Positions 40,245 through 49,248 are shown, counted from the first letter of the stretch. The stretch is 64,000 bases of DNA from Parcubacteria group bacterium (GCA_016186325.1 JACPLW010000002.1:66290-130289), one strand, 5' to 3'. A program made the numbers and translations. The notes: generated from the sequence alone by a model not told the origin.

Positions 40245-41147
40245 TTATATCTTTACAAATTTTCCGCCGATGTTTTTTATTATACCCCGTATTTCCAACA
40301 TTGAAATTGTTGATAATGTCCGACTCATTGGCATTTTGGCAATTTCTGAAATTTTATCAACGTGGAGCGGCTCTATTTCAATTGTTTTTAAAATTAACGC
40401 CTCTTCTTTGCTAATGTCGTTTTCAGGCATTTTTGTTGCCTTGGGTTTTAAATCCGTTAAGTTCAGTTCTTCCAGAATGTCATCAATAGAAGAAACCAAC
40501 TTAGCGCCCTTTTTTATTAAACTATTGGTGCCTAAAGAATTTTTTGAAAATAACGATCCGGGAATGGCAAAAACTTCCCGGTTTTGCTCTAAAGCCAGGC
40601 GCGCGGTAATTAATGCCCCGGATTTTTCCGGCGCTTCAACAACCAGTACGCCGCGGGAGAGTCCGGCAATTATTCTGTTTCGTTCGGGGAAAAACCAAAT
40701 TTCCGATTTGGTCCCAGGCGCGTATTCGCTTATAACCGCTCCGCCGGAACTTACTATTTTATCAACCAATTTTAAGTTTTCGGAGGGATAAATGGACTCG
40801 TCATCCATGGCTGAGCCCAAAACTGCGATAGTTTTGCCTGCCCGCCCACTAGCGTGGCCGCTTCCGGCAAGCGCCCCTAAGTGAGCCCTGGTGTCTATGC
40901 CCAGCGCCAGTCCGCTCACAATGTTAAGGCCTAACTCCGATAATTCTTTAGCAATTTTAAAGGCTAAAGTTTTGCCATAGTCCGATGCCGCCCTAGTTCC
41001 GACGATAGCGAAATTCAAATCGCAACTCTTTGGCAGAATGCCCCTTACATGCAATTGTTTTGGAGCGTTGTGAATTTCTTTAAGAAGCTTAGGGTAATCT
41101 TGCGAAGATTTTTTTATGATTTTGATTTTATCTTCGGCGCTGGTCAT
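40245..41147 (-). CDS. dprA: DNA-protecting protein DprA
   Basis: AIVGTR, VSGLALGID, FPERNRII, SGALITA; start reassigned to MTSAEDK. Confidence 0.95.
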   Translation of the reverse strand: MTSAEDKIKIIKKSSQDYPKLLKEIHNAPKQLHVRGILPKSCDLNFAIVGTRAASDYGKTLAFKIAKELSELGLNIVSGLALGIDTRAHLGALAGSGHASGRAGKTIAVLGSAMDDESIYPSENLKLVDKIVSSGGAVISEYAPGTKSEIWFFPERNRIIAGLSRGVLVVEAPEKSGALITARLALEQNREVFAIPGSLFSKNSLGTNSLIKKGAKLVSSIDDILEELNLTDLKPKATKMPENDISKEEALILKTIEIEPLHVDKISEIAKMPMSRTLSTISMLEIRGIIKNIGGKFVKI

Positions 41148-41460
41148 AATGGTTAAAAACCATATCAGAATTTTTTTGATTTGACAAATCGAGGCAGGGT
41201 ATTGACATCGCAATTGTCGATGCGATATGCTTTACACAATTAAAAACGCACACTCTTTCAAGAATCCCAGAAAGGAAAGGGCAAATCCCGCAGTCGCGGG
41301 ATGTTCGACTCTATCCCTAAGGACAGGGTTTGGCGCGTTCTCTAAAGTCCCGCCCAGCGAGACGAAGGAGGAACGCCCCCTTGACTTTTTCTGGGATTTT
41401 TTGTTAGGGTGGGCGAAAGTCCTTTTACATATATGCTAAAAAAACAGAGAGGGAAAGATA

Positions 41461-43221
41461 ATGAGACGACTGCTGTCAGCGTTTTTAACTGTTGCTACTC
41501 TTATTGTTGTTTCTAACGCATTTGCTTCTCCGGATATAGTTAAGCTCTCAAAAGAGCTTCCTGCCGATATTCTAAAAGATGCCTCGAGGATTCCGGATAA
41601 GCCTTACTTTCTTTTAGGGATTGAGTCCAAAGCCGGAAAGAGTCAGTGGGAACAATACCTGGAAATTCGAAAAATGATGCATTCACAAATTGTACAATTT
41701 ACCAAAGCTGGGAATTCTCTTATTGATCGCGCTCAACCAGAATACCGCGCTGATGACACTTTGCAGAGCACGGTGGAAATTGCCGGCCGCAAAGTTCAAG
41801 TATTGTACATCGGACATCGATTTACTGAAGATGGCATGTATGCGTTAAAAACGCGTTTTGGCGAGAAAAACTTGGCGGAATTTTCACCGCTTTACGAAAA
41901 ATACAAGACTCGTTGGGCGGTAGGAGATAAGGCCAGTTGGGGCATTTCTGATAAAAAGTGGCTGACTATTCGCCAGTTGCTAAGCCATCAGCAGTTTGAA
42001 AGGGTAAAGCAGTTTGTGCATGAAGAAGTTATTCGGAGCGCTGCTAACGAAAATACGAAGTATTTCAAAGCAATGAAGTTTTTTGAGAAAACCATGGCCA
42101 AACGGGCTGCAGTATTAGATGATCCTGATTATATTAAGCGGGCCTCCGAGCCAATCAAAAATACCTTATTGAATACCGAAGACATTTTGCCGGTACCCCA
42201 TGTTCGTACGGAAGATTTTTTGCCTGACTTATTTCTTTTCGGTCCCGGAAGTATGTTTGGTGGGATGACTTTGATAGGTCTCCCGCAATCAGAAAGAGTC
42301 GTGTTTTTGGATATGCGAGCCGCCATGGCTGATTACATCCGCGGCGGTCAAAGCACTGCTGCTCATGAGTTTGTTCATGTAAATAAGTATTTGCAGAATT
42401 TTGCCATGGGAGCGTATTTTGATGTTGAAATTTTCGCTGAAATGGCGACAGGCGTTTGGCAAGCGGATCTGTTTAGTTACTTTTGGCATCCGTATTACGC
42501 GCACTGGAGAGATTTGGCTAACATATATTTTGGTTATGACACGCGCGAAGTTCAGCAGCGTCTTTTCCCGGGCGAAGTAATAGAAGATTTTAGTGTCGTT
42601 GATATAAACCGGAAGGAATTTGAAGAGAACGCTATGCGGGTAGAGGCCATTGCCGGTGAATTTAAAGGTTTTATTGAGAAGTTGTATGTAGAATTTTATT
42701 CTGATCCGTTATTTTGGAGTGCAGTTAATACGAAGTTCTGCGATAAAGCGGCAACGTTGCGCATAATGTTTGCGCTATACTACGAGCCGGCCGGGTTGTT
42801 TGATCCCAAGAAAACCGATGTTAACGGCAATGTAATTTCGGCCGCGGTTCAAACCAAAGAATGGCTTATGAAAGAGGAAGAATCTGGCCGCATTACCCGC
42901 CTTGCCAAATTAGCCATGGATAAAACCGGGACATTACGGGAAAAAGACAAGAAAGAAGCCGAGGAAAGTGAAAAAGAATTGCCAAAACTATTTAATCAAT
43001 TCAAGTGTCCGGTCCAAAGTAATGCATATTTGGCTTCTCGCGGGGAGCAGATTGAATTAGCGTCTGCGCTTGGGCGCATGATTGAGCGCGCAAAAGCAGG
43101 CGATGGTCTTGCGCGAGCCATGCTTATACGGGCAACCGGCAATGCATTTAAGGAAAAACAGTCGTTTGCAGACTTGATTCCTAGAGTGGTTGAATTTCTG
43201 AAAAAGGGGGTGTGGCGATGA
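41461..43221 (+). CDS. Secreted hypothetical protein with HExxH (possible zincin)
   Basis: Signal peptide ending AFA; AAHEFVH followed by a downstream Glu-containing helix. Confidence 0.75.
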   Translation: MRRLLSAFLTVATLIVVSNAFASPDIVKLSKELPADILKDASRIPDKPYFLLGIESKAGKSQWEQYLEIRKMMHSQIVQFTKAGNSLIDRAQPEYRADDTLQSTVEIAGRKVQVLYIGHRFTEDGMYALKTRFGEKNLAEFSPLYEKYKTRWAVGDKASWGISDKKWLTIRQLLSHQQFERVKQFVHEEVIRSAANENTKYFKAMKFFEKTMAKRAAVLDDPDYIKRASEPIKNTLLNTEDILPVPHVRTEDFLPDLFLFGPGSMFGGMTLIGLPQSERVVFLDMRAAMADYIRGGQSTAAHEFVHVNKYLQNFAMGAYFDVEIFAEMATGVWQADLFSYFWHPYYAHWRDLANIYFGYDTREVQQRLFPGEVIEDFSVVDINRKEFEENAMRVEAIAGEFKGFIEKLYVEFYSDPLFWSAVNTKFCDKAATLRIMFALYYEPAGLFDPKKTDVNGNVISAAVQTKEWLMKEEESGRITRLAKLAMDKTGTLREKDKKEAEESEKELPKLFNQFKCPVQSNAYLASRGEQIELASALGRMIERAKAGDGLARAMLIRATGNAFKEKQSFADLIPRVVEFLKKGVWR

Positions 43222-44798
43222 AAGCCGTAAAGGCAGTTTTTGTTCTCGGGCTGTTATTATTCGTTTCTGCTTGTGCTCGTCCGACCTTTGTGGTCGCACG
43301 AGACGAAGCTATTGATCCGAGTGGCGAATTTAAATACAACCGCAAACAGGCAGAAATTGCCGCTGAACGCGCGGTTCTTATGCTCGCCGCGACTTATAAA
43401 GATGGTAAATGGGAGTTAAAGCGCGATATTGTAAAAGTTGAAGAGATGAAAAAACTTTTGACGGATAGAGCCAAATCGCTGGACTTGCTCTTGCGATATG
43501 ATGATAAGTGGTCCGCACGTTTTATTGATTGGCTAAAGGGCATGCGTCCGGCCATTGAACAAGAGGAGCGGGCGACTCTTTGGGCTCTTCAGCAAATTCA
43601 ACTAGTTCATACTTATAACGAATTTGTAGATCTGGTTGGTCATTTGCCCAAAGAACTTATTGGTAGCGACACAGAGTATTTTTTTGAGCATAGCCCAAAA
43701 AACTATTCTATTAGGATGTTATATCCAGCGAAGGATATCGCCCAGATTCCATTTACGGCCAGTTATTTAGAGGAAGCCAAGAAACAAAACAAGCTTAAGT
43801 TGGTGGACAGCTTTACTGTTTTGGATTCACAGAACTATAGCGAAAAAATTCCTGATTTTGAAGATGCCAATAAATTCTCGTGGGATAAGCGCGAACGTGG
43901 CTGGACTATTTTGTCTTATAAAATCACCGCGACGAGCGATCGTCCCAATGACAATGTCGTTCAGTACATTGAAGTTTTCCGAGTAGACGCTAATACGCTG
44001 AAAATAGAAGAACTTCCGGCTTTACGTGGATTCCTCGCCGCAGGCGCGAGCAATACTACTGTTTTTATTCTTGATTATGATAAGGCCGGAGAAAACGGCT
44101 TTGGTAGCCCTGATGCGGTGAAAAAAATTTTACAGAATATCATCACCGGCCGAGATCTTTACGATAACGAAAGTTTGCGTAAAGATTTATTGGTTGAGCT
44201 TTACGAGCGGCCAAGAAATAACAAGGATCGGCCGGAACGCAGACGCCCGCCGGATCCGCCGGTATATGTTGAGATTGTCCCCATGGGCAAGAAACTTAAA
44301 GTTGACATTTGGGAAATGAAGAAAGAAGGATGGAACGTTCCGATTTCTTTCAAGGACCTCTTCAAAAATCTTGAGGTAGTATATGGTAAGCCCGACAAAG
44401 ACGATCTGGAGAAAATCAAGTCAGGTCAAATTACCGGTGATCTGAAAAAGATCTCTTTGTTAATTCGTGAGTTTAAGATGTCCGGGGAAACGGTTGTCGT
44501 TGAATATTGGAAGCCGAAGGCTGAATATTTGAAGATGAACGTGCGTTCAATTACCGGAGGCATCGGAGCGAGCGCCACGTACACTTTGCAGAGAAAAGGA
44601 TTTCCGAAAGAAGAGGCCGAAATAGAATATTTTGGAGATAAAATCACTCAGGTTGATTACTTCTACGGCGGTTTGTGGTTTCGTATAGTTGATGAAGACG
44701 GCGATGGTACTTTTGAAAAAAGACGCCAAATCGCCGATCCGACTAAATCATATAAAAACACGCAAGCTGTTCACAGTAATTATGGCGATTTTAATTAA
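43218..44798 (+). CDS. Hypothetical lipoprotein
   Basis: Lipobox VSAC; ATGA overlap with upstream gene; C-terminal DEDGDG. Confidence 0.78.
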   Translation: MKAVKAVFVLGLLLFVSACARPTFVVARDEAIDPSGEFKYNRKQAEIAAERAVLMLAATYKDGKWELKRDIVKVEEMKKLLTDRAKSLDLLLRYDDKWSARFIDWLKGMRPAIEQEERATLWALQQIQLVHTYNEFVDLVGHLPKELIGSDTEYFFEHSPKNYSIRMLYPAKDIAQIPFTASYLEEAKKQNKLKLVDSFTVLDSQNYSEKIPDFEDANKFSWDKRERGWTILSYKITATSDRPNDNVVQYIEVFRVDANTLKIEELPALRGFLAAGASNTTVFILDYDKAGENGFGSPDAVKKILQNIITGRDLYDNESLRKDLLVELYERPRNNKDRPERRRPPDPPVYVEIVPMGKKLKVDIWEMKKEGWNVPISFKDLFKNLEVVYGKPDKDDLEKIKSGQITGDLKKISLLIREFKMSGETVVVEYWKPKAEYLKMNVRSITGGIGASATYTLQRKGFPKEEAEIEYFGDKITQVDYFYGGLWFRIVDEDGDGTFEKRRQIADPTKSYKNTQAVHSNYGDFN

Positions 44799-44808
44799 TA
44801 AAACTCAA

Positions 44809-44842
44809 AAGCGTCTCGTTATTAAACGAGACGCTATTTTTT
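44809..44842 (+). terminator. Rho-independent terminator
   Basis: AGCGTCTCGTT-ATT-AAACGAGACGCT followed by T-run. Confidence 0.75.
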
Positions 44843-44883
44843 TGGTGTCATCTATTCTATTTTGGGTTTTAACCTTAATAGGT

Positions 44884-45456
44884 TTATTGAGAGCCGCTCG
44901 TCAGCCCCGACGGTACCGTCGGGGCCAGTTGGCGGATGGCTTTTTTTATGGTCTTATCAAGTTCTTTTAATTCTTCGGGCGTGAATTTTTTTAATATTAT
45001 CTTATCCGCTTTTACTCTTGTATTTTGCTTGCCCGCCGACTTGTCCGCCAAAGCTTTGGCGTCGGCGGAAGCTTTAGCGAAGGCGGGTTGGATGCCGATT
45101 CTCAAGCGCCAGAAGTTTTTTGTTTTAAGATTTTTTATTATGGATTCAACACCCTTGTGGCCCGCCGAAGAACGACCGAAAGAAAGTTTGAAATTGCCCC
45201 ACAAGATATCAATGTCGTCATGAGCAATTAAAACATTTTCCGGCTTTATCTTAAATTTTTTCATCAAAGCCAAAACCGCCGCTCCGGATTTATTCATAAA
45301 AATCCCAGTTTTAGCTGAAACAACTTTTTTGTTTTTATAATTATTTTCTAAAGCATCAATAAATAAAAAGCCTGCGTTGTGCCTGGTGAGCTCATATTCT
45401 TTTCCGGGATTGCCAAGCCCGATGATTAATTTGACCCCGTTAGAAATTTTATTCAT
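44884..45456 (-). CDS. pth: Peptidyl-tRNA hydrolase; start codon supplied by an inserted element
   Basis: LIIGLGNPG, TRHNAG, FMNKSG, HDDID, GHKG. Confidence 0.95.
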   Translation of the reverse strand: MNKISNGVKLIIGLGNPGKEYELTRHNAGFLFIDALENNYKNKKVVSAKTGIFMNKSGAAVLALMKKFKIKPENVLIAHDDIDILWGNFKLSFGRSSAGHKGVESIIKNLKTKNFWRLRIGIQPAFAKASADAKALADKSAGKQNTRVKADKIILKKFTPEELKELDKTIKKAIRQLAPTVPSGLTSGSQ

Positions 45457-45531
45457 AAAAATTCTTTAAGTTAAAATTAACAATTTGTATTGTATGCTTC
45501 ATTAGTTTAGATAAATAGATTTCTAACGGGG
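45435..45531. mobile_element. ~100-bp TIR element, copy 4 (97 bp, TSD TTGA)
   Basis: CCCCGTTAGAAAT...ATTTCTAACGGGG flanked by TTGA/TTGA; inserted at codons 4-5 of the ancestral pth. Confidence 0.88.
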
Positions 45532-45628
45532 TTGATTTTATCCATTTTTAGTATATAATTATCTGGTATTTTGTATATTGTATCTGGTATCTAGTATACC
45601 AAATACAAAATACCAAATACAAAATACA

Positions 45629-46183
45629 ATGATAAAATCATTTTTTAAGTTTAGCTGGGATTTAATCAAAGTAGCTTTAATAGCTCTCATTTTGGCCGGT
45701 ACGGTACGTTACTTTTTAGTCCAGCCGTTTTTTGTTGAGGGCGCTTCAATGGAGCCGAATTTTGAAACCGGCGAATATCTTTTGATTGATGAATTAAGCT
45801 ATTACTTCAGGGATATTAAAAGAGGGGAAGTTGTCGTCTTTCATTATCCGCTGGACACTTCCAAGTACTATATAAAAAGAGTTATCGGGCTTCCCAACGA
45901 AACTATAGAAATTAAAGACGGGAAAATTACTATTTACAATAGCAATAATCAAGAAGGATTTTTAATATCCGAGGATTATATTCCGTCAAACTTTGTAACA
46001 GAGGGCAATATCAAAAAAAAATTAAGTAAAGACGAATATTTTGTCTTGGGCGACAATCGTCCGTCTTCTTCCGATTCAAGACGCTGGGGAGTTTTGCCAA
46101 AGATTGATGTTGTGGGCCGTGTTTTTTTGAGAGCCTGGCCGTTTGACCGCGCAAGTATTTTTGAAACACCAAATTATCAATAA
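45629..46183 (+). CDS. lepB: Signal peptidase I
   Basis: GASMEP, YIKRVIG, GDNRPSSSDSR. Confidence 0.96.
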   Translation: MIKSFFKFSWDLIKVALIALILAGTVRYFLVQPFFVEGASMEPNFETGEYLLIDELSYYFRDIKRGEVVVFHYPLDTSKYYIKRVIGLPNETIEIKDGKITIYNSNNQEGFLISEDYIPSNFVTEGNIKKKLSKDEYFVLGDNRPSSSDSRRWGVLPKIDVVGRVFLRAWPFDRASIFETPNYQ

Positions 46184-46193
46184 TCATAAGAAA

Positions 46194-47552
46194 ATGTCAC
46201 GAAAAGCTAAAATAAAAACATTTCAAGCCCCGAAAGGGATGCACGACATTCTTCCAAATGTCCATAAGTATTGGGACAAATTTTTCAAAATTACCAGGGA
46301 ATTGGCCGTTTTTTATGGTTTTGAAACAATTGAAACTCCTGTAGTGGAATACGCCGATTTATTTAACAAAGGGCTTGGCCTTAACACCGATGTCGTTGAA
46401 CATGAAATGTATACTTTAAAAACCAAAGGCGGCGACTTTTTGGCTTTGCGGCCCGAACTTACCGCCGGGGTTGTAAGGGCGTATCTTGAAAACGGATTTC
46501 CCAATCAGCCTCAACCGATTAAATTTTTTCATTTTGGTCCGGTATTTAGGCATGAATCGCCGCAAGCCGGGCGTTATCGCGCCTTCCACCAGGCTGATTT
46601 TGACGTTTTCGGCGAAGAGGACGCCGTAGTTGACGCGCAGGTCATTCAGCTTATTTATGCGATTCTTTCGGAGCTCGGGTTAAAAAATCTTTCTATTCAA
46701 ATAAACAGCATCGGTGACAAAAACTGCTGGTTAAAATTCCGCGAGGAGTTAAAAATGTATTACCGGAACAAAATTTTGAGGCTTTGCAATAATTGTAAAA
46801 AGAGGGTGAAGGAAAATCCATTGAGGATGCTTGACTGCAAAGAAGAAGAATGTGCGGCCTTGAAATCTTCGGCACCGAACTCTGTTGATTACCTTGATAA
46901 GACCTGTCATGATCATTTTAAGTTGGTTTTAGAGTTTTTAGACGAGATCGGCCTTCCTTACAGTTTGAATCCTTACCTTGTTCGCGGTCTTGATTATTAT
47001 ACCCGAACGGTTTTTGAAATAGTTTCGGAAAACGCAAACGGATCGCCGGTGGCTTTAGCCGGAGGCGGCCGTTATGATTATTTAGTATCCCAGTTGGGTG
47101 GCAAACTGACGCCGGCAATGGGCGGTTCTATCGGCATTGAAAGGGCTATTATTGAAATGCAGCGGCAGGAAGTGAAAGTAAGTGCGGCAAGGCCGAAAAC
47201 TCGGATATTTTTGGCACAACTTGGCGATTTGGCGAAGAAGAAAAGCTTGAGGCTTTTTGAAGAATTCCGGAGAAACAATATCAATGTTTCAGAGTCGTTC
47301 GGGCGCGACTCCGTTAAGGCCCAATTGCGGGTTGCCGACCGGCTCGGCGCCGACGTAGCGCTTATAATCGGCCAAAAAGAAGCGCTTGACGGCACTATAA
47401 TGTTAAGGGAAATGCAATCCGGCGTTCAGGAAATAATCCCCTCGGATAAAATTATTGATGAAGTTAAAAAGCATCTTAAAAGAATAGTGCCGAGGATGCC
47501 GTTGACTAATAATGAAATTGATGATAAAGATGGTAAAAAAACAGAGTTCTAA
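46194..47552 (+). CDS. hisS: Histidine--tRNA ligase
   Basis: LRPELTA, FRHESPQAGRYR, LVRGLDYY, GGGRYD. Confidence 0.98.
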   Translation: MSRKAKIKTFQAPKGMHDILPNVHKYWDKFFKITRELAVFYGFETIETPVVEYADLFNKGLGLNTDVVEHEMYTLKTKGGDFLALRPELTAGVVRAYLENGFPNQPQPIKFFHFGPVFRHESPQAGRYRAFHQADFDVFGEEDAVVDAQVIQLIYAILSELGLKNLSIQINSIGDKNCWLKFREELKMYYRNKILRLCNNCKKRVKENPLRMLDCKEEECAALKSSAPNSVDYLDKTCHDHFKLVLEFLDEIGLPYSLNPYLVRGLDYYTRTVFEIVSENANGSPVALAGGGRYDYLVSQLGGKLTPAMGGSIGIERAIIEMQRQEVKVSAARPKTRIFLAQLGDLAKKKSLRLFEEFRRNNINVSESFGRDSVKAQLRVADRLGADVALIIGQKEALDGTIMLREMQSGVQEIIPSDKIIDEVKKHLKRIVPRMPLTNNEIDDKDGKKTEF

Positions 47553-47553
47553 A

Positions 47554-47886
47554 ATGGATTGTATCTTTTGTAAAATTGTAAAAAAAGAAATTCCGGCGGA
47601 CATAGTTTTGGAAGACAATGAAATGATGGCTTTTAAAGACATTCGGCCAAAAGCTCCGGTTCACTTGCTGATTATTCCGAAAAAGCACATCGGCCCGATA
47701 AACGAGCTTGATTCAGAAAACAGCGCAATTATAGGCCAGTTAACTTTAAAAGCAAAAGAGGCGGCGGAAAAAATGGGAGTTTCGGAAAATGGTTATCGCC
47801 TGGTGTTTAATGTCGGCAAGGATGCCGGTATGGAAGTTGACCATTTGCATATGCATCTTCTTGCCGGAAAATTGTTACCATTTTAG
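47554..47886 (+). CDS. HIT family nucleotide-binding protein
   Basis: MDCIFCKI, HLHMH triad. Confidence 0.95.
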   Translation: MDCIFCKIVKKEIPADIVLEDNEMMAFKDIRPKAPVHLLIIPKKHIGPINELDSENSAIIGQLTLKAKEAAEKMGVSENGYRLVFNVGKDAGMEVDHLHMHLLAGKLLPF

Positions 47887-47944
47887 AAATTAGAATTTAT
47901 CTGGCTTCGCCAGATCTCGCGAAGCGAGAGAAATTTACAACTAC

Positions 47945-48184
47945 ATGCCTATTGAAGTGAAAAAAAAAGAAGGAGAAAGCGCATCAAGCCTTTTAAGGCG
48001 TTTCTCAAAACGCGTCCAGCAAAGCGGTGTTCTGATAAGGGCTCGCAAGGGCCGTTTTTACCTGTCAGAGCCGACTAAACGTCAAAAGAGGTTAGGCGCT
48101 TTGCGGCGGCTTAAAAACCAAAAAGAAAGAGAAAAACTCTATAAATTGGGCAAATTGCCTCCGGAAAAGAAATTTAGGCGTTAA
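47945..48184 (+). CDS. rpsU: 30S ribosomal protein S21
   Basis: EVKKKEGES...LLRRFSKRVQQSG; adjacent to yqeY. Confidence 0.88.
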   Translation: MPIEVKKKEGESASSLLRRFSKRVQQSGVLIRARKGRFYLSEPTKRQKRLGALRRLKNQKEREKLYKLGKLPPEKKFRR

Positions 48185-48284
48185 TCCCGTTAGAAATCTA
48201 AGTTGGTGGACTAATGGGGGAATATAAAAATTTCGTAGTTATTATAGAAATCGAATCATTATTTAACATAAATTTCTAACGGGA
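48185..48284. mobile_element. ~100-bp TIR element, copy 5 (100 bp; no clean 4-bp TSD)
   Basis: TCCCGTTAGAAATCTA...ATAAATTTCTAACGGGA; begins right after the rpsU stop and its last base is the A of the next ATG. Confidence 0.82.
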
Positions 48285-48775
48285 TGACTCTGAAAGAAAG
48301 AATAAACGAAGATCTGAAAACCGCTTTTAAAAGCGGTTCTAGTGATGTTGTTTCAACTCTGCGATTTTTATCGAGCGTAATTAAAAACAAAGAACTTGAA
48401 AAAAGAACCAAGATGTCAAAAGAAGGAGGACTCGCGAAAGAACTCGAAAAGCTGTCGGAACTTACTGAAGAAGAATTGATCGGTGTGATTTTGGGAGAAA
48501 TAAAAAAAAGAAAAGAATCGGTTGTCCAATATGAAAAAGGCGGCCGCGCCGATCTGGCAGAAAAAGAAACCAAAGAACTTGAAATTATTAAAAAATATGC
48601 ACCGGAAGAAATGCCCGAAGACGAGTTAAGAGCGATAATTAAAGGAAAGATCGGCGAGATAGGCGGCGCAACGATGAAGGATTTCGGCCGGCTGATGAGT
48701 TTAATAATGGCTGAAGTCAAAGGCCGAGCCGGCGGCGATATCGTTAAAAAAATAATAGAAGAAGAGTTAAAATAA
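48284..48775 (+). CDS. GatB/YqeY domain protein
   Basis: DLKTAFK, KKRKES...Y..GGR.DL, KDFGRLM. Confidence 0.92.
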   Translation: MTLKERINEDLKTAFKSGSSDVVSTLRFLSSVIKNKELEKRTKMSKEGGLAKELEKLSELTEEELIGVILGEIKKRKESVVQYEKGGRADLAEKETKELEIIKKYAPEEMPEDELRAIIKGKIGEIGGATMKDFGRLMSLIMAEVKGRAGGDIVKKIIEEELK

Positions 48776-48780
48776 CTTTA

Positions 48781-49206
48781 ATGAAAAATGAGATTCTTGT
48801 TTATAATAAAACAAAGCGCCGGGTTCCGGAAAAATTAATAAAATTGATTATATCTGGAGCTCTCAAGTTTTTAAAACTAAAACAGCCGGTGGAAATGGCT
48901 GTTTTAGTTTTAAGTGGGGTGGAAATTAAAAGATTAAATAAAGTCTGGCGCGGTAAAAACAATATCCCGGATGAACTTTCTTTTGGCTTAAATAGCCGTC
49001 AAACGGTAAAATTTGCTAAAGATAATAACGGCATGTTAGAATTAGGAGAAATAGCGGTTAATGTTGATAAAATCTACGATAGAAAGCGTTTGTCAAAAAT
49101 TTTGGTTCACGCCCTGCTTCATCTTCTGGGACATCATCATGAAAAATCGGCTGCCCAAGCCAAGAAAATGGAGCAGTTGGAGAAAAAGATTTTAAGTAAT
49201 TTATAA
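48781..49206 (+). CDS. ybeY: Endoribonuclease YbeY
   Basis: LNK.WRGK, DELSF, LGEI, HALLHLLGHHH. Confidence 0.92.
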   Translation: MKNEILVYNKTKRRVPEKLIKLIISGALKFLKLKQPVEMAVLVLSGVEIKRLNKVWRGKNNIPDELSFGLNSRQTVKFAKDNNGMLELGEIAVNVDKIYDRKRLSKILVHALLHLLGHHHEKSAAQAKKMEQLEKKILSNL

Positions 49207-49248
49207 AAATTTAGAAATTAGAAATTAGAAATTAGAAATTTTCGTTGC

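Noticed and set aside
13793-48284. CRISPR array interpretation of the CCCGTTAGAAA repeats
   Set aside because: Repeats are inverted pairs dispersed over 35 kb, not tandem direct repeats, and no cas genes are present
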